Virus genome (UHGV): UHGV-0247579
From: a virus
Reading direction: 5' to 3' (one strand)
Length of the DNA: 41,156 nt
Part shown: positions 15,868 to 24,411 of the stretch, one piece after another
Layout of the letters: each line of letters opens with the position of its first letter
Position numbering within the stretch: the stretch's first letter is position 1
Program-made: the position numbers and the translations under genes
Notes under the pieces: generated by a model
The model's input: the letters and a program-made list of their open reading frames with translations, nothing else
What the model was told of the DNA's origin: nothing
Databases searched by the model: none

Positions 15868-16305
15868 ATGAAAGAGGTAAATATTTACATAAGGACAAGT
15901 CTGACAGGTCCATGTATCAAAGATGGAAGATGGGCGGCCGCAATGGAATGTCAGACAAGCAAAGGACCGGCGGTCAAAGGAATTTGCGGGGAAGAACAGG
16001 AGACGACCTATTATCGCCTGGTGCTGCTTGGAATCGTGAAATCCTTGAAAATACTAAATGCGCCGTGCAATGTGACCCTGTATACGGACTGTATTTTTAT
16101 CAAGAACATGATCGAAAACGGGAAGCCGGAGCAGTGGAAGCGGGCGGAATGGAGAAAACCGTCCGGGAAAGAGGTGAAAAACCAGGAATTGTGGCAGCAG
16201 TATCAGGCGTTGGCAGAGCGGCATGAAATAGCCGTCAGATTTAGTAAACATCACGATTACGTGGAAAAATTAGAGGGATTACTGGAGGAAAAACAGCATG
16301 TTTGA
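15868..16305 (+). CDS. RNase H-like fold protein, apparently catalytically degenerate
   Basis: Alignable to RNase HI (LYTDCIFIKNMIENGKPEQWKRAEWRKPSGKEVKNQELWQQ vs STDSQYV...W...W....VKNVDLWQ). The positions of D10 and E48 are R and L. Confidence 0.5.
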   Translation: MKEVNIYIRTSLTGPCIKDGRWAAAMECQTSKGPAVKGICGEEQETTYYRLVLLGIVKSLKILNAPCNVTLYTDCIFIKNMIENGKPEQWKRAEWRKPSGKEVKNQELWQQYQALAERHEIAVRFSKHHDYVEKLEGLLEEKQHV

Positions 16306-16753
16306 TGTATTTGGGAATTTTGATTCCGTAGAAGAATTGAATGCATGTGCAAAAGGACTTTTGGAGGAGCAGGATCTGGAGCATTTAAAAGTGCTGGCAG
16401 AGGAAAACGGGATTCCAGATGGAATCCGGGAAGTATATGAGCAGCATCTGTCGGAAGAACTGGTAGATTCAGTAAATGCGGCTATCGGAAAGCTGCAGGT
16501 TGAGTTAAAGGAGGAAACAGACGGGATGCCGGCAGGAGAGATCGTGTCGTATCTGTCTATGAGATGTTTTGAAAAAGAAATTCTGGCCAGAGCAGTAAGA
16601 AGAAAGAACCGGACACTCAAAGAATGTCTGCAGAATATCCGAAAAGAAGCGGAAAAAAGAGTCAAAGAAAGAAGAGGGGCACAAATGGTGGCAATGCCGG
16701 ATCTGGAAGTATTTGCCATGGCAGAAGAATACTATCTGGAGGCGGAGAAATGA
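16298..16753 (+). CDS. Hypothetical phage protein (151 aa)
   Basis: ORF coupled to the upstream and downstream genes (overlaps). Acidic/helical. Confidence 0.45.
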   Translation: MFDVFGNFDSVEELNACAKGLLEEQDLEHLKVLAEENGIPDGIREVYEQHLSEELVDSVNAAIGKLQVELKEETDGMPAGEIVSYLSMRCFEKEILARAVRRKNRTLKECLQNIRKEAEKRVKERRGAQMVAMPDLEVFAMAEEYYLEAEK

Positions 16754-18714
16754 GACGAGGAGAGTTATTAAAGCTTCCAGAGTTAAAAGTAACGGAAACG
16801 ATGCGAAAGACAGTCAGGGAAGATCAAGGGGATCAGGTACTAAGATGTGGAAGAGCGCCTGTGTGGAGCGCAACATATTATTGGTTCTATCGTGCGAAGA
16901 AGACAGGCGCGGTTTTAGAGATCGATGTATTTACAAGGGATATGATCTTGGCTGGCACAGCACATCCGGAATACCGGCTATTCCTTTTGGAAGAAAACAA
17001 GTACTACACCTATGACAATTTGTGTGAGAAGTGGAGAACTGCAAAAATAGATAACTTAAGCTACATGGAAGGATGTGAAGAGATACAACAAGGGTACTGG
17101 TACAGTAGCAGAAAAGTGTGGATACGAGAAGAGGACCGAAAACGGATCTCAGAATTTTGTCACAACGGAAAGGAAGAACCACGTGCAGCAATCGCAAGAT
17201 GGCAAAATTACAGTAAGGGCAGAAAAGAAATTGACGAAATTGATTCTGAGATGGCACTGGTGCCGGAACTGCCAAAAGATTTTGATGAGTTTGTAGATCG
17301 GGAAGCCCTTCCACAGTATTTGTTTTACGATGCTGGAAGAAAAGCAACAAAAGGGTATTGCACACATTGTGGAAGAGAAGTAAAAATCAGGAATCCACAC
17401 TATGGAGACGAGGGCGAATGTCCATCCTGCAGACATCTCATTACCTACCGAAGCCGAAAGAAAGGCGGAAATGTTCACGCAAGAGGATATGCAGGACTCC
17501 TGCAGAAAACAAAAGAGGGGTATGTATACCGATATTTTGAGTGTTATCGGAAATTCAGGAATGGACAAAAGGAAGACGGCGGGTACTGGGAGCTGATACG
17601 GACCACGTATGACCAGAATTTAAAAAAGATTCATGAATTTGAGTATGAACAGTATAAGCAGACAGACTGGGTTCGGTGGTGTTACAGAGACAGATGGAGA
17701 TATTATAAAGTGCCAGAGCATGAAGCAATCCTCTATAAACGGAATCTCAAACAGATTCTAAAGGGAACGCCGTTTCAGTATTCTGCAATGGAATGTTTTG
17801 TGAAACATGGGAAATATCGGGAAAAAATGTATTTGGATCAATATCTGGAGGGATACCGGTATATGCCTGGAATCGAACAACTGGTAAAATGTGGATTTTA
17901 CAAAATTGTCAAAGAAAAAATGCAGGGGTACAACACAGGATACTTAAAGAAAGAAGAGCGGTCTTGTAAAAAGATACTGGGGCTAAACGGGGAATACTAC
18001 CAGCTGTTGGCTGGAAAGAATCCAAGCACAAGGGAATATAACACCACTTATGAAATGCAGGAGAAGGGATTACATCCAACATGGCAGCAGGTTCAGTTTT
18101 TTGCAAGGTTTCCGAGGAATTTCACTAGGTATATCCGGTATACCACCATTCACAAGATGGAACGGTACATCAAAGAAGTGTTAGGAGAAGATGAGAGACA
18201 AGCCGTGGATTATCACGATTATCTGAAGATGGCGGAGAAACTGGGATACAACATGAGAGAGTCGTGGATCTTATTTCCGAAGAATTTAGAACAGCGTCAT
18301 GAAGAGTTGATTGAAGAGAGCAGAGAACGGGAAATAAAAGCCAAAGAGGATTTGGACAATAAAAAAGACAAAAAGTACGAGAAATACAGAAAACGGGACA
18401 GCTATCTGGAAATGGAAACGGAACAATTTGTGTTGAGACTTCCGAAACGGATCCATGAAATCAGGCAAGAGGGAAATGCTATGCATCATTGTGTTGCCAC
18501 GTACATTGACCGGGTGGCCAAAGGTGAGACAACGATCCTGTTTCTGCGAAAGAAGCAGGATCCGGAGACACCGTTTTACACCATGGAGGTAAACAATGGG
18601 GTTATGATCCAGTGTCGGGCAAAATATAACAGACCTATGACAGAGGAAGTCAAAGAATTTGTTAAGTTATTCAAAAGAAAGAAGTTGAAACGTACAGAAA
18701 GGAAAGCTGGATAG
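16750..18714 (+). CDS. PcfJ-like protein (654 aa) with a Cys-rich zinc ribbon
   Basis: C-terminal HCVATYIDRVAKGETTILFLR... resembles PcfJ-like proteins of phages and conjugative elements. CTHCGRE...CPSCRH zinc ribbon. Start taken at the internal ATG with RBS GGAGGCGGAGAA (track 16624..18714). Confidence 0.5.
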   Translation: MRRGELLKLPELKVTETMRKTVREDQGDQVLRCGRAPVWSATYYWFYRAKKTGAVLEIDVFTRDMILAGTAHPEYRLFLLEENKYYTYDNLCEKWRTAKIDNLSYMEGCEEIQQGYWYSSRKVWIREEDRKRISEFCHNGKEEPRAAIARWQNYSKGRKEIDEIDSEMALVPELPKDFDEFVDREALPQYLFYDAGRKATKGYCTHCGREVKIRNPHYGDEGECPSCRHLITYRSRKKGGNVHARGYAGLLQKTKEGYVYRYFECYRKFRNGQKEDGGYWELIRTTYDQNLKKIHEFEYEQYKQTDWVRWCYRDRWRYYKVPEHEAILYKRNLKQILKGTPFQYSAMECFVKHGKYREKMYLDQYLEGYRYMPGIEQLVKCGFYKIVKEKMQGYNTGYLKKEERSCKKILGLNGEYYQLLAGKNPSTREYNTTYEMQEKGLHPTWQQVQFFARFPRNFTRYIRYTTIHKMERYIKEVLGEDERQAVDYHDYLKMAEKLGYNMRESWILFPKNLEQRHEELIEESREREIKAKEDLDNKKDKKYEKYRKRDSYLEMETEQFVLRLPKRIHEIRQEGNAMHHCVATYIDRVAKGETTILFLRKKQDPETPFYTMEVNNGVMIQCRAKYNRPMTEEVKEFVKLFKRKKLKRTERKAG

Positions 18715-19860
18715 ATGGAAGAATTACAGACAATCAGTACACTGCAGGGGGTAGAAATTGCATTACGGAAAGAACTGGAACATATCGCAGAGGGATACAT
18801 TAAAGTCGGGTATCTCTTAAAAAAGACTAGAGATGCAGAGTTTTATAAAGAAAAGGGGTATGCGGATGTTTTTGAGTTTGCAAAAGAAACCTTCAATATC
18901 AGCAGGACGTGGGCGATCCGGTTTATGCAGATCAATGATACATACAGTATCAACGGGAACAGTCCGGAAATTCAGGAAAGGTACCGGGGATATGGAAGCA
19001 GTAAGCTGTCTGAAATGCTGGCGCTGCCGGAAGAAGTTCGGGAAGTGGTACCAAGGGATGCAACGGTGCGGGAAATCCGGGAGGTAAAAGAAGTCATTCG
19101 GGAAACAGAAGATCGTTATTCGCCGCAGATGAGCCTGTGCGACATCGCACCAGAAGAACACCATGGAAGCTGGACGGAAACGTTAGTGTATGAATTTTTC
19201 AAAGGAGAGGGAAAAGGCTGCTTTGAAAAAATGGCTAAATGGATATGGGAAGACGAGCCAAAAGAAGCAAGTACGATCAACCGGGAGATCATGGGAATTG
19301 TAGCTCCAACAAAATTCCGAATGTTTCGGATGCAATTTGCAAATGCGCTCTTCAGTGAATTTCAGATTCGGATCATGCCATACAATGGCAGGGGAGAACC
19401 GGAAGAGATCAGCTATCTGGAGTTGGCCAAAACATTTGAACAGACTTTTTATCCGGAAGGCAGGAAGATGTCTGATTCAAAAGCCTATGAAGAAGTTTAT
19501 CAGATGCCGCTGAGGGAAAAGAAAGAGAGGGAAGTCTTAAAGACGGAACCGTTAAAGAAAAAGAAAGAACCTGCCAAACCAAAGGAAACATTGGAAGAGC
19601 CAAAAGAACCAGAAGAACAGATTCCGGGACAGATGGAAGTGGAAGATTATCCGGAACTGATGCCGGATCCGGTTATGAATCTTCCGGAAGAAGAAAAGCA
19701 GGTACATGAGATCACAGAAGAAGTGGTCCAGGAAGGGGAAGTCATAGAAGACATCTTAAAATCCGGGGATCCAGAAAAAATCATACAGCTTCTGAAGAAA
19801 GAATTTGCCTGGCCAAAAGGCGGATGGGACAACTGGAAAAAGAAAGTGATTACTTTATGA
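18715..19860 (+). CDS. Hypothetical protein (381 aa) with a Lys/Glu-rich C-terminal region
   Basis: Contains one copy of the GTGCGACATCGCAC palindrome inside the CDS (19137..19150). Confidence 0.45.
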   Translation: MEELQTISTLQGVEIALRKELEHIAEGYIKVGYLLKKTRDAEFYKEKGYADVFEFAKETFNISRTWAIRFMQINDTYSINGNSPEIQERYRGYGSSKLSEMLALPEEVREVVPRDATVREIREVKEVIRETEDRYSPQMSLCDIAPEEHHGSWTETLVYEFFKGEGKGCFEKMAKWIWEDEPKEASTINREIMGIVAPTKFRMFRMQFANALFSEFQIRIMPYNGRGEPEEISYLELAKTFEQTFYPEGRKMSDSKAYEEVYQMPLREKKEREVLKTEPLKKKKEPAKPKETLEEPKEPEEQIPGQMEVEDYPELMPDPVMNLPEEEKQVHEITEEVVQEGEVIEDILKSGDPEKIIQLLKKEFAWPKGGWDNWKKKVITL

Positions 19861-20294
19861 GTATTGATTATAGTGATATGGCGTTTCCTAAGCCGAAAAA
19901 GAAGAAAAAGAGAATCAGCCATCCGAAAAGCATTTTGAACACAGAAAAGGGCGTGTGCTATCTCTGTGCCAATCTGTATGGAGACTATCGGCAGCAGTAT
20001 ACCGAGGAACACCATGTATTGTTTGGATCCGGGATGAGAATTCTATCGGAAGCCGAGGGATTGAAAGTGTATTTGTGTGAACCGCACCATAAAAGCGGAA
20101 AAGAAGCTGTACATAATTGCAGAAAGACAAGAGAACTGCTTTGCGAGATCGCACAGAGGGAATATGAGAAGTCACACACAAGGAAAGACTGGATGAAGAT
20201 CAGCAAGAAGAATTATCTGGATCAGCAGGAGTTGATGAAAGAACCGCAAAATGAAAAGCAGAAAGAAGGACATCCAGGATTCCAATTTTTATAG
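19857..20294 (+). CDS. HNH endonuclease
   Basis: CYLC....EEHHVLFGSGMRILSEAEGLKVYLCEPHH, an HNH zinc-finger nuclease motif. ATGA overlap with the upstream gene. Confidence 0.6.
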   Translation: MSIDYSDMAFPKPKKKKKRISHPKSILNTEKGVCYLCANLYGDYRQQYTEEHHVLFGSGMRILSEAEGLKVYLCEPHHKSGKEAVHNCRKTRELLCEIAQREYEKSHTRKDWMKISKKNYLDQQELMKEPQNEKQKEGHPGFQFL

Positions 20295-20400
20295 CATCTC
20301 CGGCCAAGTGCCGTGAAGATACAACAGCAGGTACGTCACAAAACCTGTCGTAAGCCATCACATTATCTCCCAGATAACTCTGGGAGAGGAAAGGAGCATC

Positions 20401-20964
20401 ATGTTTATTAAGACGAGCATATTTAAGAGAATATTGAAGGATGCATGGAAAGGTGCAGGGCTCACTGTAGGAAAGAAAGAGGAAATGTACTTCATACAGG
20501 GAGCCTATTGGATATTATTTGTATATGAGAAGGACTTTACAAGCAAGAATAAGGCAGCAGTCATTGAACTTGTAGGGGATCTTCCGGAAGAAGGCGAAGT
20601 ATACAGAGCTTATGAAAAGGGAGAAAAGCAGTATGAACTAAAAGTAAGGGATGAGTGGGAATACAAGAAATGGTTATCAGCCAGAGACCGGTATGAGGAT
20701 ACAGAAATCAAATACAGGGGAATGGCAGTGTTACAGAATGTAGAGACAAAAGAGATGAGTTACATACCAGATCAAATTCTGAAAATGGTAAGCCTATCCG
20801 AAACAGGTGAGTATGAAGACTTTCCGACAGGACCCATGGGAATGGGATATTTCGTCCTGTGGGTAAATGAGACTGGAATGTTATTGACTGTAAAAACACC
20901 GGCAAATGAAGATAACATGGATGGAAGAATCTTGAAAGCGCTGAGCGGGCTGGAAATGGAGTAA
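20401..20964 (+). CDS. Hypothetical protein (187 aa)
   Basis: RBS GGAGAGGAAAGGAG before the ATG. Confidence 0.45.
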   Translation: MFIKTSIFKRILKDAWKGAGLTVGKKEEMYFIQGAYWILFVYEKDFTSKNKAAVIELVGDLPEEGEVYRAYEKGEKQYELKVRDEWEYKKWLSARDRYEDTEIKYRGMAVLQNVETKEMSYIPDQILKMVSLSETGEYEDFPTGPMGMGYFVLWVNETGMLLTVKTPANEDNMDGRILKALSGLEME

Positions 20965-21008
20965 TACCATGACGGGTATCAGCGGAATATGCAATATAGG
21001 AGAAAAAG

Positions 21009-21596
21009 ATGGAAAACAACACAGTAAAGATCACAGGAAAAATTATGGAAACACCAGAGTATTTATTGACTTCACAAGACAGAAGAAAGATCTATAAATC
21101 AACTATAGAAGTCATGCGGACAAGTGGAAACATGGATGTTATACCGATTCAGGTGCCGGAACAGATAGTGCAGGAGATTCGGGATAATGTAGGAGGGAGA
21201 ATTACAATCTTTGGAGAATACAGATCTTACAATGAAAAGGATGGAGAAAGAAATCATTTGAAATTGTATGTATTTGTAAAAGGAATCAGCGAAGCTGGTG
21301 AAGCGGATCAAAACAGAATTGATCTGATTGGATATATCTGTAAACAGCCGCTCTATCGAGAGACACCACTCGGAAAAGAAATCACGGATATTTTAATTGC
21401 AGTAAACAGGAAACACAGAAAAAGTGATTATCTCCCGGCAATTTGCTGGTATTCGAACGCAAGGCTGGCAGCAGGGCTTCCAGTCGGAATAAAAGTGAGA
21501 GCCATGGGAATGATACAGAGCAGGATTTATGTAAAAGGCGACAGCGAGAGAACAGCTTATGAAGTCTCAATAAGAGAAATGGAAGTGATCGAGTAG
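21009..21596 (+). CDS. Single-stranded DNA-binding protein-like (tandem OB-fold)
   Basis: Two SSB-like OB segments (NTVKITGKI...PEY; NRIDLIGYICKQPLYRETPLGKEITDILIAVNRK...AAGLPVGIKVRAMGMIQSRIY). Confidence 0.5.
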   Translation: MENNTVKITGKIMETPEYLLTSQDRRKIYKSTIEVMRTSGNMDVIPIQVPEQIVQEIRDNVGGRITIFGEYRSYNEKDGERNHLKLYVFVKGISEAGEADQNRIDLIGYICKQPLYRETPLGKEITDILIAVNRKHRKSDYLPAICWYSNARLAAGLPVGIKVRAMGMIQSRIYVKGDSERTAYEVSIREMEVIE

Positions 21597-21958
21597 TGGA
21601 AGGTTACGAGAAATACGCATCCAGGATACAGGAACTTTTATTTGACGGGATGGATGTGCATGAGGTGTGGGTGTACATGAAAGTTATGTTCCAGATTGAG
21701 AAAAATGAGATTTGTTTTCGGGCGTATCTGGAGAGATCGGGACTGATCTGGTTTGCGGAAGCGGGCAGCAGAAGACAGGTCAAGGTACCGGATCTGCTGG
21801 AGACCAAGAGAAAACTGGAAATGAATCGAACGAAAATTTCAAAGCCGCTCTGTAAATATCCGGATTGTTTCCGCTGTGTATATCCGGATTGCACATGTAA
21901 TGAAGGCCTTACGAAAAAAGGGAATGATGAACTGGTTCGGGAGCTGGCGAAGCGATAG
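21596..21958 (+). CDS. Hypothetical Cys-rich protein (120 aa)
   Basis: Overlaps the upstream stop. C-terminal CKYPDCFRCVYPDCTC. Confidence 0.4.
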   Translation: MEGYEKYASRIQELLFDGMDVHEVWVYMKVMFQIEKNEICFRAYLERSGLIWFAEAGSRRQVKVPDLLETKRKLEMNRTKISKPLCKYPDCFRCVYPDCTCNEGLTKKGNDELVRELAKR

Positions 21959-21998
21959 GGAAAAAGATTAATGGATGAGGGAAACACGGAGGAATAGC

Positions 21999-22190
21999 AT
22001 GGACATGTTAATTACAATCGCATTTTTGACCCTGTATTACATCCTGGGGCTTGGAGCTGTGATTACTTTAAAGACAGGATTGGAAGAGGATGTAGAACTA
22101 GAAGGTGCGGATTACCTTCTGGCTGGAGGGTTTCCGATACTGTTGTTTGTAATTTTTTTAGATTGGATTGTGCGAAAGATAGTGAGGTAG
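21999..22190 (+). CDS. Small membrane protein (63 aa)
   Basis: RBS GGAGG 6 nt before the ATG. Two TM helices. Confidence 0.45.
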   Translation: MDMLITIAFLTLYYILGLGAVITLKTGLEEDVELEGADYLLAGGFPILLFVIFLDWIVRKIVR

Positions 22191-22191
22191 G

Positions 22192-22791
22192 ATGATGAAA
22201 AAATTTAACTGGGATGAATTTAAAGATAAAGACAATAAGATTGCAGTACACTGCAAGACAGAAGAGGAAGCGAAAGACTTTTGCGAAAGAATGCATGAGC
22301 AAGGAATGAAGTGGTGTTCAGGCGAAAGCTACCTGAAAGAGACAAATTACAAATTCTGCGAAGAAGAAATATGTTATATCAAAGGAGAGTTTTCGCCGTA
22401 TCAGTACTATAAAAGCAATGGGTATGAAATCCTAGAATGGAGTGATTACATGAACAAAGAATTTACCAAGGCAGATCTGGAAGACGGGATGGTGGTTGAA
22501 CAGAGAGATGGGGACATGTATCTTGTATTGGCTGGGATGGCAGTGAGAAAAAGAGGATACAATCGTATAGGCGATTATGATGATGACTTGAAATGCGCAG
22601 GTTATACAGGAGGAGACATCGTTAAAGTCTATAGAATTACTCCGGGATCACTCGGATGCATAAAAGATGTGTTTATTAAAGGCAACCTCGAACTCATATG
22701 GGAGCGCAAAGAGCCAAAGAAAATGACAATCGAAGAAATGCGACAGAAGCTGGAAGAGCTGACAGGAGAGGAAATTGAGGTGACGGCATGA
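22192..22791 (+). CDS. Hypothetical protein (199 aa)
   Basis: RBS GTGAGGTAGGATG. Function unknown. Confidence 0.45.
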   Translation: MMKKFNWDEFKDKDNKIAVHCKTEEEAKDFCERMHEQGMKWCSGESYLKETNYKFCEEEICYIKGEFSPYQYYKSNGYEILEWSDYMNKEFTKADLEDGMVVEQRDGDMYLVLAGMAVRKRGYNRIGDYDDDLKCAGYTGGDIVKVYRITPGSLGCIKDVFIKGNLELIWERKEPKKMTIEEMRQKLEELTGEEIEVTA

Positions 22792-22994
22792 GAGGAACCT
22801 TAAAGCACAGACGCAGCGCAAAAGAAATGAAACGGGATCGAGAAGATCATTTTGCTGATCTGGCTGAACATGAACCAACAGAGAATGCCAAGAAGTGGAT
22901 GCAAAGAGGTGCGTACTCTGTGGAAGACTGCTTAAGAAAATGGGGAGTAGATACGAAAGGGAGTGTTGCCAGTGGACAAGAAGATACTGATTGA
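22788..22994 (+). CDS. Hypothetical protein (68 aa)
   Basis: ATGA overlap with the upstream gene. Confidence 0.35.
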   Translation: MRGTLKHRRSAKEMKRDREDHFADLAEHEPTENAKKWMQRGAYSVEDCLRKWGVDTKGSVASGQEDTD

Positions 22995-23466
22995 GTATGC
23001 AGACATGAAAGAAGAGATAAAAGATCTGAGACGTAGGATTGCAGAGGATAAAAAGAAAATAGAGCAACTGAACAAGATTACTGTGCAAGATTCTGTTGCA
23101 TGTGGAAAGAAAGGCAACAAACCATTGCGAACAGTGAAAATAACAGGCTTCCCACAAAGAGAATATGAAAAACGTGAGTTTTTACTTGAAAAGCGCATTG
23201 CAAAGCTGCAGATGTTGGAGACGGATCTTCTGGAGAAACAGATACAGGTAGAGGAATATATAGGACAAATTAAAAAAAGCGAAATCCGGATGATTCTCAG
23301 ATTTTATTATATTGATGATCTAAGTTGGGTACAGGTCTCACATAGGATGAATGAAGTATTCCCAAAGAAAAGGAAAGCATATACAGAGGACAGTTGCCGA
23401 TGCAAACATAACAGATATTTAGAAAAATTTGAGAAAACGACGGAAACGACGGTTTTAAAATGCTAA
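22963..23466 (+). CDS. ArpU-family / sigma-70 region-4-like late transcriptional regulator
   Basis: C-terminal RMILRFYYIDDLSWVQVSHRMN resembles ArpU/DUF1492 late-gene activators. Positioned before the packaging module. Start uncertain (TTG at 22963, or GTG at 22969). Confidence 0.5.
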   Translation: MLPVDKKILIEYADMKEEIKDLRRRIAEDKKKIEQLNKITVQDSVACGKKGNKPLRTVKITGFPQREYEKREFLLEKRIAKLQMLETDLLEKQIQVEEYIGQIKKSEIRMILRFYYIDDLSWVQVSHRMNEVFPKKRKAYTEDSCRCKHNRYLEKFEKTTETTVLKC

Positions 23467-23562
23467 TATGGTATAAAGCCGAAAGGAACAAGCTGGACGG
23501 CTAAGGTGTTTTTAGTTTTCCTCCTAAAGACAACCAGTAAAACCACACACAAATTACAAAAG

Positions 23563-23597
23563 GGCGTCTTGCATGAAAATGCAGGGCGTTTTTTGTA
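23563..23597 (+). terminator. Rho-independent terminator
   Basis: GCGTCTTGCAT-gaaa-ATGCAGGGCG followed by TTTTTTG. Confidence 0.6.
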
Positions 23598-23607
23598 TAA
23601 ATGTTGA

Positions 23608-23681
23608 TCGGACATAGCTCAGTCGGTTAGAGCAGAAGCCTTATAAGCTGTGTGTCACGGGTTCGATTCCCGTTGTCCGGA
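23608..23681 (+). tRNA. tRNA-like gene, anticodon TAT (Ile, AUA-decoding) inferred. No encoded CCA
   Basis: Cloverleaf by hand: acceptor TCGGACA/TGTCCGG (U1.G72), D arm GCTC-AGTCGGTTA-GAGC, anticodon arm GAAGC-CTTATAA-GCTGT (one A.G mismatch), T arm ACGGG-TTCGATT-CCCGT. Coordinates +/-2. Confidence 0.5.
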
Positions 23682-23703
23682 TTAAAAACCTCTGAGAAAA
23701 GTG

Positions 23704-23732
23704 TTGACATACGTATACGTATGTGGTATTAT
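23704..23732 (+). promoter_or_regulatory. Near-consensus promoter with a perfect 18-bp palindrome in the spacer
   Basis: TTGACA-17 bp-TATTAT. The spacer contains ACATACGTATACGTATGT (perfect palindrome). RBS AAGGAGGTG and an ATG follow. Confidence 0.55.
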
Positions 23733-23757
23733 ATAGTTGTAAGGAGGTGAGATACAA

Positions 23758-23877
23758 ATGAGCAAAAAGAAACAAAAGAAAAAGTCCAAAATCGATATAA
23801 AGACATTGGCGGTCAGTGCGATTCTGGACTTATTCGTTGGAATCCTTTTAATGATTCTCGACAAGCTATTTAATTAG
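23758..23877 (+). CDS. 39-aa lysine-rich membrane peptide (MSKKKQKKKSKIDIKTLAVSAILDLFVGILLMILDKLFN)
   Basis: Strong promoter and RBS immediately upstream. Followed by a GAAA-tetraloop hairpin. Short ORF. Confidence 0.35.
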   Translation: MSKKKQKKKSKIDIKTLAVSAILDLFVGILLMILDKLFN

Positions 23878-24018
23878 CTAAGAGGGGCGAAAGCCCTTCT
23901 TCAAAATAAATATAACATGAAAGCTCATTTGTGTAAAGGATGTTGTGGAAGTTAGGAATATTCTTCATTGCTATAGGAATAGCAAAGCTGGTTTATTGCC
24001 TCATAAAGAAAGTGAGGG

Positions 24019-24225
24019 ATGAGCATGCTCGGTAATGAAGAAAGGAAACAGAGACCACAAGATAAGTGGGATGAGAAAGCAGGGTTAGTTCCAAAAACAT
24101 ATAAGATTAACAAGAAAGTAGCAGAAGAGTTCAAGGAAGCCTGCAAAGAATCTGGTGTTGCGATGGGAACACAGCTTACAAAGCTGATGAAGCAATTTGT
24201 AGAAGAAGTGAATAATGGAAAATAG
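24019..24225 (+). CDS. Putative ribbon-helix-helix DNA-binding protein (68 aa)
   Basis: Beta-alpha-alpha pattern (TYKINKKVAEEFKEACKESGVAMGTQLTKLMKQFVEE). Preferred over the antisense track ORF 23952..24272 because of neighbouring gene orientation. Confidence 0.4.
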   Translation: MSMLGNEERKQRPQDKWDEKAGLVPKTYKINKKVAEEFKEACKESGVAMGTQLTKLMKQFVEEVNNGK

Positions 24226-24325
24226 CAGAGAGCATCTGGCGAAAGCCGGATGCTTTTCTGCGTCCTGAGCAAAGACGATAAAAGGCTCTGGGCAAAAGCC
24301 TACACTGTGCGACATCGCACAAATA

Positions 24326-24397
24326 TAGCAGGATAGAGCAGTGGAAGCTCGTCAGTCTCCTTAGCTGAAGGTCGAAGGTTCGATTCCTTCTCCTGCA
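24326..24397 (+). tRNA. tRNA-like gene, anticodon CCT (Arg, AGG-decoding) inferred. No encoded CCA
   Basis: Acceptor AGCAGGA/TCCTGCA (A1.A72 mismatch), D arm GAGC-AGTGGAA-GCTC, anticodon arm TCAGT-CTCCTTA-GCTGA (U at position 37), variable AGGTC, T arm GAAGG-TTCGATT-CCTTC. Immediately preceded by the GTGCGACATCGCAC palindrome. Coordinates +/-2. Confidence 0.5.
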
Positions 24398-24411
24398 ATT
24401 GAGGTGAGAAT

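Noticed and set aside
16624-16749. Longer N-terminal extension of the PcfJ-like ORF (track start 16624)
   Set aside because: It overlaps the preceding gene by about 130 nt in another frame and encodes a Gly/Lys-rich low-complexity peptide. The internal ATG at 16750 has a good RBS and a 4-nt coupling overlap.
23952-24272. Minus-strand 106-aa ORF overlapping the RHH gene
   Set aside because: Opposite orientation to all neighbouring genes, with no RBS. The + strand ORF gives a recognisable ribbon-helix-helix pattern.
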